Assembly: GCA_044892525.1 (NCBI GenBank)
Contig: CM097885.1
Location: forward strand, 186,200,118 to 186,250,000
DNA from: Schmidtea polychroa
Lineage: Eukaryota
Reading direction: 5' to 3'
Length of the DNA stretch: 49,883 nt
Part shown: positions 1-13,100 of the stretch, piece by piece
How positions within the stretch are numbered: position 1 is the stretch's first letter
Layout: each line of letters opens with the position of its first letter
Notes under the pieces: generated by a model
What the model was told of the DNA's origin: nothing
The model's input: only the letters and a program-made list of their open reading frames with translations
The model's database searches: none
Translations under genes and position numbers: made by a program

Positions 1-3
1 GGA

Positions 4-65
4 CAGGGAAGGATCTACATATGGGCTAATAGCCCTGGGCCCCCAAAAAGCTAGATCCGTCCCTG
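4..65. mobile_element. Tiny hAT-type MITE or foldback relic
   Basis: 14-bp inverted termini CAGGGAAGGATCTA / TAGATCCGTCCCTG (1 mismatch) around a GC-rich core; left TSD cut off by the window edge. Confidence 0.45.
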
Positions 66-961
66 AATATGTGTTTAGTTTATCAAATAGTTAAACATAA
101 TTTGATTTATGAAGTTTTAATATTTCTAAAATAAAAGATGTTGCGTTATCCTATGAAATATGAAACAGACTTACAATTATTATAAAAATAGTAAGAAACA
201 TCACAATTACAGAAAAATAAATACATAATAAATGAACTCTTAATACGTAAATGTAAGAGGAAAAATGCAAAGTTAAGATAGATAACAATGCAATATGAAA
301 TAATTGAAATAGAAGCCTGAAACTTTGGAATAATTTTTTCTAAACGCATACGTACATAAAGTTGAATCAACGCAAGTTAGTATATTGGTACATTAGTGGC
401 GTGATCCCCCATTCCTTGACAATACTTAGCAAGAATTGTTTTTAATTCGCCGGCCCATGATTACAGCTTATAAGAAAGGTAGCATTTCATCAATAACTTT
501 CAAGTTTTTGTCAGAAAATAATTTATTGTAAAACGATATATTAACCCTTATCGGACGTTATCTTTGTATATTATAAATATTGTTGTCACGTCAGCGGTTA
601 AAACAATAGTTTGTTTAATTTTTAGAATTGTAATACACTTTAAGCGTTGATTGGTTGTTTTTTTGTTTTGACAACGCAAAATCACTTAAAACTAAAAATC
701 CCAAGTTGTTATCCGAAATAACTGCAATAACTGACTCGATTTCATTTATAATCATAAAATATTTTTTAATTATGAACAAATAAATATTTTTTACAATTAA
801 CAAAATGAAAATAAATATATTTCAAATCTCGCTTAAAGTGCTTATTAATTAAGCTGTTAATTATCGATAAAGATTTTAATCTTAAATATTGAATGAGTAG
901 CTATTTTATCTAATGACTTCCAATTGTATTGTTTTTGTGTTCAATATTTACTTGTGAGTAG

Positions 962-1105
962 GAATCTAAAACCGAATTGACAACTGATCTCGATGTCTTA
1001 AACAAGCAAGTAGACCTTAGTGGTATCAGTATTTATCTAGACACCAAGTGTAAAGTCATAAGTGACGTCTCTGCTGAAAATATCAAATCTGTTCTTCAAG
1101 AAAAA
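962..1105 (+). CDS. VPS13D: VPS13D exon A (chorein N-terminal region), phase 0 to 0
   Basis: tag|GAATCT...GAAAAA|gtaata; ESKTELTTDLDVLNKQVDLSGISIYLD. Confidence 0.85.
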
Positions 1106-4100
1106 GTAATAATGTGAATTTTATACGGCATTCTGGTAATTTCGGCATTAGATTAATGAGATGCCAAAATCGGATTATATTGTAAACCCGATTTCGTTGC
1201 ATGGTATAATGAAGAGAAATATCAATCCACTTCCCATGAATCATCAACCGAGAATTTCACTTCATTTACAAATGGAACAGGTTGATGTCAGTTTATCTCA
1301 AAGGCAATATAAAATCGCTGTTGCTCTGAGTGACGAATTTGAAAGATTTGATAGACAGAAACATCATATGAAATACAGACCAAGAGTTTCTGTGATGGAA
1401 TCGTTAGTTTATTTCTTTTTATCTTCCTCTTAATTAAAGTTCTAGTCAATCTAGAATTCTGTGAATAATCTTTTTTTTTGTTAAAATATAATCATTCAAA
1501 TCATTTTTCACCATTAGTCTTCCAGTTTTCAATTTCCTTCTCTTTTTTTTCTTTTTAAAACTTTTAAATGACCATGAGGAATATTCGTTTTAAATTTAAA
1601 ACAAACTGAATGAAAATAATGACAATTATAGAAATATGGGAAAATTGTAAAATTGAAAAAATCCTATGAATTCAGTTTAAAGTGCAAATAAATCAGTTCA
1701 AAAGTGTTAACATTTTAACAAAACTCTTAGTACAGTCAACTCTCCTATAATGCGATTGAATTGTACCGCGTTATATGGAAACCGTGTTATAAGAAACTCG
1801 ATTTTGTAAATGCATTTTATGGAGATCGCGTTATGAGAAAGATAGAGATAAGGCAAATCATATTTACTTACATTGCGTTATATGGAAACCTCTATCACGT
1901 TATATGGAAAACGCGTTATAAGAAACTGAGAACTAATTTAAATTAAATGAACTCGTATCGCGTTGTATGGAATCTTAGAAATAAATAAATTGTATGCATA
2001 TAAAACTGCATTATCAGGCTGTGATTAATAGGGTTCATGAATGAATTTTATAAAATAACAGAGTATATAATTTATTCAGATATTTTAATAATTCATAATT
2101 CAAAAAATTAAAAATTAAACAGAAAATTAAAATGATATATATTTTATTATTCATAACTATCAGATATTAGTTGTCTAACTAATTTTTTTCTAATTGGCTG
2201 AAAATATCATTGCAAATTTTCTTGCTGGTTTTCAAATGTAATTCTTTCAAAACCTCTTTATATGGAGCCAAGCAATTTTGAAATTCTCTTAAAATTTTCA
2301 CTCCCTATTGTTGAAGGATCATTTTGGGATATTTGGTACTTTAATCATTTTTTTAAAATCATATCTAAAGTTTGAAACTAATTTGTTATTAGTGTCTTCC
2401 TCCACAAATGCATTGGAGGTAGACTCATCAATTAGTTCTGCCAATTCTTTCTCATTTAAACTCTGTTCCTGAAGTAGGTCTACTATATCTTCGACGTTTA
2501 TATCTGAAAATCCTTCGTTGGCAGAAGTAGAAGCAATCTACTATTTCTGTTGGTGGATCTGAAATATCATTTCCCTTTTGAACCATTTGAGGTAACAAAG
2601 GTCTTCAACACGCATTAAGTGTTGACTGTCTAATTTCTGTATAAGCTAATGAAACAATTCGGGTGCAATCTAAAATAGAAAATTCTTTCCAAACTTGATC
2701 TTCCTTCTTGATCTTCTAATCTGTTAAAAATGGCTTCAAATAATTTCCGTGTGTAATACATTTTGAAAGTTCGAATGATTCCTTGGTCCAGCGGCTGTAT
2801 TAATGAAGTGTAGTTAGGAGGAAAATAAAGAATTTTTACATTTGGATGATTCAGCTCCTTACTATGACTAATGTGGTTATCAACGATCAACAAAACTTTG
2901 AAGCTAAGGTTTTTTTCAATCATAAAAGCCTTCCACTTGAGGGATAAAGCAATTATAAAACCAATCCTCAAATAATTCTTGAATCATCCACGCTTTTTTA
3001 TTCGCTCGCCAAAATACAGGCAACTCAGATATAATATTTTTGAAGGCTCGAGGATTTGAAGAAAAATTTTTAATCATGGGTTTTATCAATAAACTTCCTG
3101 ACAAATTGCTACAGATGTGTAGAGGTATACGCTGTTTAGAAGCTTTGAACCCTGATGCCCGCTTTTCATCTGTAGAAATGTAGGTCCGAGATGGAAGTTT
3201 CTTCCAATACAATGCTGTTTCGTCCGCATTAAAAATCTGATCTGCTGCATATCCTCCTTTATCAATAATTTCTGGGAGCTCAGTTTTAAATTTTTCGGCA
3301 GCCTTCGCATCAGCTGAAGCATGTTCTTGAAATTTAATGTTTTGAAAGTAATACATTTTTCTAGCTTATCTAGCCATCCTGCGATTGCAGTAAATGTGTG
3401 GCTGTGTTGCGCTGGAGAAGAGTCGTCAATTCTTTAAAATCCTCATGGATTTCCACACATGTAATTTTTTGGTTATACAATCTTCCAACTACAGGATCAA
3501 TAGTCGTTCCATTTTTGCCATATTAACGTTTCGTATACGAGTAGCGCGCTTCACACCTGATGGGCAACCATCTGCAATAGTTTTTCTTATTTTCTTCTAA
3601 TTTTTCTTCAAAGTCCGAACTGTAGATTCATTAAAATTTAACGATTTCGCAACTGAAGATTTTTTTCGCCATTCCTTAAACGATTTAAAATTGCAATTTT
3701 CTCCACAAGAGTTAAAAATTTTCTTTTTAATTGTTTTCTGTTTTTACATATTTCAAACATTTTACTAACCCATTAAAAATTAGTTTTTTTATCCGATTAC
3801 TGCAGAAAATAAAAAATTTTACCTACATATATGTATCATCTTTAATGTTCTACAGCTCCAATAACGTAAATTTAACAACTCAAAACAATTGTAAAACAAA
3901 TTTAAACATAAACTAAATCAAATGGATTACCTAATACGTAATTAAAATTAAGAAAAAGGGAATTAACCTCTAAACGCCTACTGTGTACAAAGAAAATTTT
4001 GCATTCGTAAACATCGAATAAAAATTGCCATAATAAAAATTTGCACGTCATTTGAGTTGTTGGAAAGTTATTGTACAAAAACGCGTTGTAAGGAGTAACA

Positions 4101-7100
4101 GTCCCAATTTTCACTTCGCATTATAAAAATACCGCGTTATAGGAGTGTTGACTGTAATAACATTATTCGCATATTATTGATCATTTATTTATTTATTTAT
4201 ACATGTTTTGCTGATGAAAATCCTTGGAAAATTGAATCATGAATGCTTTTAATTAATCCTTATTTTATTAGTTATAGTATCGAAGGTTCCTGTAGTAAAT
4301 TTGTTATTAATTTTTCTATTTACTAACCATAGGCAGTTATTTGTGTTTCAATAATATTTTGACTATCAATACAAAATTTTAAGGATTTGCAGTGCCTCTC
4401 GAATTAGCCTATAGTAAATTAATCAAGTTGAATAAAAAGTTAATTAAATACGGAGAACAATCGATTCAATACCCTTTATATTGATTATAAACCCTTTTTA
4501 TGTACTTTTCACAATTTTATCAAATTTTTCTGAAATTATTGTTTTCTCACAGTTTTTTTATAAAATTGTAAATTATAATGCCATAATACAATAACACTAA
4601 GTAAAATTTTGTCCCAATTTTCAATTGGCTTATTTTAGTGATTTTTGGCAAAATTTCTCTACATTTTTCAAGTTAAAATCTTTGAATGATGTATTTGAGG
4701 GAAAATTTAAGAGAAAATCCAAGAGAAAATACGTTCAATTAAACATGTACTTTGAGGCGATCATTGAAACCCTAGAAGGAAATTAAAATCAATTTGGAAA
4801 TTTGTAATTTTATATACACTGCAATTTTAAGCATACTGTTGTCAAATTATTTAGACAAAATTGGCTATTTTATAACTTCAATAATTTCCTAATTATTTTG
4901 TACTCACAAATAAGCAGATTATTTAATCATTTACTCGTAAAAATGGGTATCTTTATATTCCTTGCACCTGTTGTTTTCAGCAATCAAAAGAAATCCAAAC
5001 TTTGCTAATAATCAATACAACGAAAATACGCTGGACGTTGGTCAATATTTACTATTTATTCTTGCCAGCACATACAAACCTTTCCACTCTTATGTGTGGA
5101 AGCCTCGATGGTTTTCGTAAGTCTTCCTTGAGCTTTTGTTGTTTTGTATTCTTCGAATTGTATCTTGAAGGTTCCTTGTTCCCATTGTTCTGTATTCCCA
5201 GCGAACTTACCACAAAGTGTTCTACAGTTGTGTATTTATGAGTTTCTTCTCGCATGTCTCTGGTTCCTTTGTAGTACTTGTCACCTCTGGTTCCTTGAGA
5301 TTGCTATTTTTTCACCTTCATTGATTGAGTACAATTATTTTCTCTGATGACTATACTACGTTTAATTAATTGTTATCAATGATAATAATAAATAAATTTG
5401 CCGCCTATTTCATTGATCTTTCTAACGTGTCCTCTCCATCTGCGACTGGAGATAATGCCAATAATTATGAGTATATATTTCTTAGAGATGTGAATAAAGG
5501 AATTAAAATGACTTCTCGAATTTTCAAGTTGAGTTTTACTTTGATAACAGATATATGCAAAGTTACATCTTATAATTCATTCGACAGACAAATATTTGTA
5601 TATTATGCCTTCAATACGCATATAAGTTACTATCTAATTCATGCTATAAACTACTTACTATTATCAGTATTTGAAGATTTGATTTGATTTAAATCTTATT
5701 GGTACAATCTTTTAAGAATAAAACAAAGTCGACAAAATTTATTAATAAAACTAATAGGGAAAATATAGTTTTGACTGTAAAAATTGAAGTAATCGAAAAT
5801 GTTTATTTGCAATATAAATTTTCTGCTTTAATAGTAAATAAATATTTACAGGTTATGAAAATAAGTTTTATTCATTAGTTTTTATTGAGTGGCATTAAAT
5901 CGATTTTTTTATTATTTGAAAATGTTTGCGTCCAATAGCATCTCAATATTATTTAGGTCAAACAAAGAAGGTTATTGAATTTTCGATAGGTCCTCTTATT
6001 GGTTATTATTAAAATGGGCTTTACAAATATTCAGGGTCTTTTACTATTCTTTTACAGAGAACAATCTTTGTGTATTCATTTCTTCTCAGTAATTTAATCT
6101 GGTTTTTCTTGCATTGAAGAAATGTACATTTTATCCTTAATGTATCATATTATAAGGCGAAAGGTTAATTTATATATTAATAAGTGAAAAGACAACTTTG
6201 TACCCCCTTTTAAGCATATTGCGCGCGCGAAAGAGTTTTGGCATAGTTAAAGTTTATATGGAAAAGGAGTGCAGAAAGTTAAAGGTTATATATAATGTGT
6301 TAAAAATAAAATAAATATTTAACATTAAACTATTGCTTGATTTCAATTATTTCCTTGTGTTTTCAACAAAGCGAGTAGTGAATTCAATTGTTACTAACAT
6401 TAAATTTTAAATTTCATATGTATAGGAATTAAGGCAAACACCATACCCTAAATGACATAACACACGCAGTTGACGTAACAGGAATAAAAACCTCAATAAC
6501 ATTCAAAGTTAAAATTTTAGTGAATTACGGTTGAATTTCGACTATCATTAGTAATTAATTATTGCACAGTTATTAAAAGGAAATAAGTAGTCCTCAATGA
6601 ATTGTACCAAAATAATTTACAGCGGAGGGTTTACAAAACAGCCGGTTATATATATATATATATATATATTTGTCGAGTATTTTACATTTTTATAAGTCAT
6701 ATTGAAGAACTATAAAATATTACATAAAATATTACCATCTTGATCTTTAATTAAAAACAATTTTATCAATAGTAGAAAGCGGCTAATGGCGATTATATTT
6801 CTCACAGAAAATACTCATTTTAAAGAATAAATGATAAGACGAAGATAATAATATAGCAGTTAGATGTCAAGATGGCATAGATAGATCCGTCGTTATACCT
6901 ATTATCACAATAAAGGAACATTCTCATGTGGAACGAACAACCTGATAATTTCAAATCTTTAGTTAATTATACCTTTTTTGATCATTTCAACTTTTTTGCA
7001 TTTTAATTATGTTATTCTTTTTTAGAGAGGTAAAATTTTTGGACAAAATTAAGGGATAAAGCCTTTAAAATTTCGATTGTTGTAAATGTGCGAAAGGGTC

Positions 7101-10100
7101 AAAAAATCTTTTACCCAATTAATTGAAAATTGAAATTCAAAAACCAAATATATCATATAAAATATTTATTTCTTATTTTATGTCCAAATTTTAATTCCAA
7201 CTGATTTTATTAATTGCAAATATCTCATTTTGTAGAACAGCGATATCCAAACTATTTAAATCCAGGAACCCATTTTTAGGAAGAAATGCTGTGTGAATCT
7301 TAAATTTTAATTAACTTTGAATATAAGAATAATAATAACTTTAAAAAATAGTTTAGTCACCACTGTTCTAAAATCGTTCCGGCTACAAACTAATCTAGTT
7401 GTTTACTGATCTTAAATTTTAAAAGATTTAATTCCATCAAAGTTATTCCAAAATCTAAAATTATTTATATATTTATTTCTGGGAGTAACATTTTCTCATT
7501 ATTTGCTTTCGAACTCATAATATCTAGTAAGTCATTTTCTTGTCAAGCGCTGTTAAGATACTCACAATTGGGAGGGTTTAAGATATTTTTTTTGGAAAAT
7601 AAGCCGTATATGATAGCATTTCAATTGTATTTTTTAATTTTTTTTGAATTTATCACCATGTCTAGAATTTCTTCCATTTTCTTGTGTTTATTCTTTGGAC
7701 AGTCTCTTAATATTTATTTAAAATTTTCTAATTTAAAGTGTATATAAGTAATGTGTAATAGATATAAGTAATAGATCATTTGAAAATTGAAATGACAAAG
7801 AAATAAAATCTCGAAAAAATGAAACAGTACTTTTCAAAATTGCTTTTTCGAAAATCCTTTTATTATCGATTTCTCGCAACAATTTGTCAAAATTAATATA
7901 TAAATTAATGCCTTTTTAATGCCTTCATGAAATTCTCTGAACTCCATAGGGATTTAATGAAGGATTATCTGTCATTTTTTAATTTGGTTTGTCTTCATTC
8001 TATTGGTAATTTTTGGTAAATATGAATAATAAACCTTGGTTATTATTTGAGTATCAAGCTGTAGAAATTGAATATGAAGATCGATTAATTTTACAGTATT
8101 TTCTACGATAAATTAATAGAAAATTCAAAAAATATTTCACTGAAAAATACAATCTAAAAATAGCATTTTTACTAAAATCTACAAAATTACCAAAAGTTAC
8201 ATTTTTAATATTTATTATAGCCCTAAAGAGTGGTGGGTATTTGCAATTACTGAACATACTCGCCACATCTTTAAAGGTCCAGCTCTAAGAGAGCGAGCCC
8301 GTAATCTTGTCAAATATGTTCAATCTTACGAGGATTACCTTTTAAATAAAGATAGTAATTTTGAAGCTGAGTTCAGAAATAGCTTGGAATCAGATTTGGA
8401 ATTAGATTGTTTGTTGCAATTACGTGAAAAGGCAATGGAACGTGTTGGTCGCAAAAATAGAGATTTACTTCAGGTTTAAATTTTTAAAAATAGGCGGAAT
8501 ATATTTAAAGAAAAAACTTATTAGAATGCTGTTCATAGTCCTGCTCCACAACAAAGTGGTTGGTGGGGTTATTTATGGGGTAGCCGCTCTAAAGAGATTT
8601 CACCTGAAATACTCGATCAATCGCAGTTAACTAGCGAAACCTCACAGATTCTAGAAAAGTTACTTCCACAGGATAGCAACACTACAGAACAAGGATTGGA
8701 ACAAGATATAACAGAAATACTTAATGAGGTAATTTTTATTACTGTGTAAATTGTATGTGAGGGGATCAGTGAATAATTAGTCTCTTAATGTTTTCAATAA
8801 ATTTTCAGGTTGATTTTGAGGCTGTGAACTTTTTTACGAGAGACAGAATTTTTCTTAGAGGGGAATTTTCTTTAGACGGAATAAAATTGAAATTATTGAA
8901 GGATACCGAAATACCGGTAAAATTCATTCTATTAAATCATCCTTGAAATTATTATTTAAAGATTCTTGAAATTAATGCCGAGAATTTAATTGTCGGTTTC
9001 GAGTCAAGGCCACAATATTCGTCATGGTGTATTAGAATTGGTCTGCGATCATTGTTCGTAAAGGATTTGAATCCTGATTATAATGACAATTTTTTCCGAG
9101 ATGTGGTGTCGTCTAGGGAGCATTCACAAGGAACCGGGGGAGAGATATTTGCATTAGCATTCGAAGTTAATCCATTGCCAAGTACATGTCCTCCAAATAT
9201 CAAAAGAATGTTAGTGTATAGTTAAGACAAAATTAATTAGTTAAATGTAATTTTAAACATATGTGAGGCTATGCTGCACTTCCTTACTTTATTTTTTGAA
9301 TATAATTTAAAAGTTATTGAAACTCAACTTTAAATTTACCTACATAGTTTTAAAGGACTTACTTTATTGTTTCCATAGTAATCATGAACTATTTTATAAA
9401 TTATTGTGAAAATTACCTTAAAACACTGAAAAAATGTATATTAGTATTCACCACGCATTCACAAAGACAGAAAGGTGGGTTTCAAAATAATTTATAAAGA
9501 TTACCCTTCGAAGCAGGTTTCATTAAATAAAAAACAGTCCATCAACACGCATATAAAGAACTGGATAAAAATATGATTAGTTTTTATCAGTTTTTTATTT
9601 AATACATTTATTTAGGAATTATAAAATACGAATTTAATAAGTTAATTAACAGATGAAGATATTTTAAATTTTTGACTAATTAATTGTTAAATTAATAAAT
9701 AGATTATTAAATTATTAAATTGGTTATTAAATTATTAAATTGATTATTAAATTATTAAATTGATTATTAAATTATTAAATTGATTATTAAATTATTAAAT
9801 TGGTTGTTAAATTATTAAATTGGTTATTAAATTATTAAATTGGTTATTAAATTATTAAATTGATTATGGAATTAATAAAACATTATTGTGGCAAACTAAA
9901 AATAAACTATGGAAGAAACAGTATTTATTTAAATAAGTCACTAATTATTAAATTAATCAAGAATTTTGATATTATTCGTATTAATCAACAAATAGTAAAA
10001 CGGCTTTTTAATGTGCTTAATGTATTTGTCAATCAGAATAAATATATTTCGGTCCTCTGTATTGTACAAAACGTATTTAATAACAAAAATCCGTTATCAT

Positions 10101-13100
10101 GACACTTCGGAATTTTTGGAAATTATGCAATATTTTTATTGCTTAAAATATTACTTCAGCTTGAGAGAAAGTTGGTGAAAAGAAATGAGGTAAAGTTTCT
10201 TTCTCAATTTTTAAATGGACGTAGAAGATATTGAAAACTTAGCAGACTAAATCAATGGAAACCTAACAAACAAAGATTTAGGCATAGTCGATTTTTGATC
10301 CGGATATCGGTTTCTGCCGGATTTTGACCAAACCGATTAATCGGTATCGGCACCAACGTGAGGGACCGATCCAAATAACAAAAAGGACGTGTTTTTAAAA
10401 ATTAAAATGAAGCATAAAAATACGTGTAAAAAAGTAAAAGTATTAAAAAATAACAAATACCTGACATTGATAAGATACTATTAATAAGCTGTTGAAGTCT
10501 ATTAATTTAAAGCTGTTATATTATTTCATGTCGAACGTTTTTGTTATTCGCATTTTCAATTCTATTATTATAAATAATTAAAAAAACTGTTCTTGTTTCA
10601 CATCCACCAAAGTTAGTTAATACAGTATAAAAATCATCAGACATAAACATAAAACAACACATTCATGGATGTTCAACATTCATCAAACAACAATGTTAAA
10701 CGACAAACTTGAAACTCGAAACAAGTTTGTAATTTTAGTTTAACGATCGTCGATTAATGTTGTCACATTTTTATAAAAAATGATAATGATTGCTTCTTCT
10801 TGGTTTTCTTGTCAATTTGATTTTGTCATCTTTCTAGCTTCTAGGCTTCTATCCAACAACCTTTAAACAAAGAAAACATCTACAATTAATATTAAAATAC
10901 ACATTTATGTGACTATGTTTAACTGGATCTATCCGGAACTATCCGGCAAATTAAAAATTCCAAAGTCCGGAATTCGGAATCGGCGGGAAAATGACAATCG
11001 GCTATGCCCTACAAAGATGTAACCATATAATGTCGATACATTGATAATTATTAATATACAAAATAAATATAATTAATAATTAAATAATTATATAAATAGT
11101 CTCCTTACAGCAATCAGGAGTTCTATACAGGGGTTGCATTGAAATATGTTCCATTGCCTGGAATATTCAATTTTAATATTACATGGTCTCAGTTGATGTT
11201 GATTTTTCCTTTTATTCTCCATCTGATATGGATTTTTTACCGTTCATATTGAATCTTTGTGAAGATATTGGTTCATGACGGAATTCTCTTTCATTTCTTC
11301 TTTAAATTTGCTGTATAGCTTATAGTTGGATTCATTTAGACCAAATCTCCTTCTATTTCGATTTCCTTCTTTAATTTTTCAGTTCTTTCGATATAGGTTC
11401 TTTAATTTCTGACATTTTTTGAAACCTTGCATTTTTATACTTTTAATTCTTCTTCCTTTAAATCATGCATCAAAATATATTTGGCCAACTTGTCAATTTT
11501 TCCAGAAAATTAGGATGCAGTCGTTACGTTTTCTATAAGATAAAGCAGCCCTCATATCTGACGCTAAACTTGCAGGTTTTTTAAATGAAGCTTTTAAGTT
11601 TCTTAAAATTATTTTTACTGGTTCTTATTCCTAATATTTTTCTGCTTCTATTACGCTTGCACAAACGTTGATTTGGATTTTTCCTATATCTGCATTAGCT
11701 CAAAAAATCTTTTAAATTCAATAAATTTTTTTAAATTGCCTTTTGGTTTATATAATTCTGGAGGCTTAATGAACTACATCATTGGTCTTGATGTGGTCGT
11801 CATGTTAAAATTTGAACGAGTAATTTAGAATTCGATCCAAACTATAAATATTATTTAAACAACTTTACAAATTGTTGGAGAAATCATGTTTTCATATTTT
11901 GATCAATTCATCATAATTTATTCATTCATCACATATTACAATCATGCTTTGATAATTATAAATATACAAATGAAATATAATTAATAATTAAATCAATATA
12001 TAAAAATTGTCCTTACAACAATCAAGAGTAGCATATCTCAGCAAATATTTATGAAATTGACAAGAAATTGAAAATTATGACAACCCCCTGATGAGAAGGC
12101 ATTCAAGTTGCGATTGACATTGCAATTTAATCTCAAAAGTTTATAATTACTCGTTATAGTATGCCACTCGTTAGTAATTTCATTCGATATTAATATCGTA
12201 ATATAAAATTTGTTTACGCATATTGTTACAATCTATCCGAATATGATTATTAGTTTGGTACATTGATAAATTCAGTTTTACATCAAATATTTAAAAAACT
12301 TGTATCTATATAAGATTTTCAGCATGTTCTGCTCAACAACAAGTAATAATAATTAAAAAACTAGAAAATAAGAATTAATCAGACTGACAATAATCTTGCT
12401 CTGGAATAGACCAATCACTCGCTTTACGAAGTCTCTTTTTACGAAGTTTCGCTATAACGTAATTTAGAAAAAAAATTAGTCTCGGTTTGCGAAAAAAATT
12501 CGATTTACGAATTTTTGTTTTTTATTTAATTAGGAAAATCTACCGTACGAATATATAAAAACAGAATACAAAATAAAACCAACGAATGATGTATTTATTG
12601 TTGTGATTACTTGAATATTGTAGTTAGAACATTAATATTTTGTATAAATTAGATTTCTTTATTATTTAAACAATTTGTGTTGTGTAGGATATATTTGAGC
12701 TGATTTTTTTTATTACTAATTTTATTCGAAAGTGTCTTGATTTAACTAACGAAATTTCGATTTACTTTCAGTTTTTTGGGAACGAATAAATTCGTTAAGC
12801 GAGGTATTGGTGTATAAGCAAAGCTGTTTTAAACAACTTTCCTATTCTATACAAATAGATATTAATCGTGCCAATATTCTTAAATTTTTCGTATGACTTT
12901 ACAAGATCTGAGATTTGTGAGTTAATAATAAGATAAATGCGCTTTATTAGATTTATAATCTTTCTGTGACCTCAAAATATTGTCGACATCAAATCAAGAA
13001 ACTTCCAGATAGCATGACGAGATTGGATTTCATCTTGAAAACGAGAATGTACTCCTTCAACAACATTATTGGTTAGATGATGTCCACAAAGTATGGGGTT

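Noticed and set aside
541-560. TTAACCCT piggyBac-like left ends (also near 14080 and 22646)
   Set aside because: No matching AGGGTTAA right end or transposase remnant was found.
146-803. Short minus-strand ORFs, and an upstream VPS13D exon candidate near 440-478
   Set aside because: The ORFs are low-complexity with no motifs. The exon candidate ends in phase 1, incompatible with exon A, and lacks chorein similarity.
4210-4235. CTGATGA...GAAA hammerhead-like core (CTGATGA also near 5344, 12088, 46834)
   Set aside because: No stem II closes correctly before GAAA, and there are no flanking stems.
5370-5687. 105-aa ORF; antisense RRWRGHVRKI resembles a LINE RT C-terminal motif
   Set aside because: A single short motif with no supporting context.
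9860-10102. 80-aa ORF after the minisatellite
   Set aside because: Asn/Ile/Lys-rich composition expected by chance in AT-rich DNA.
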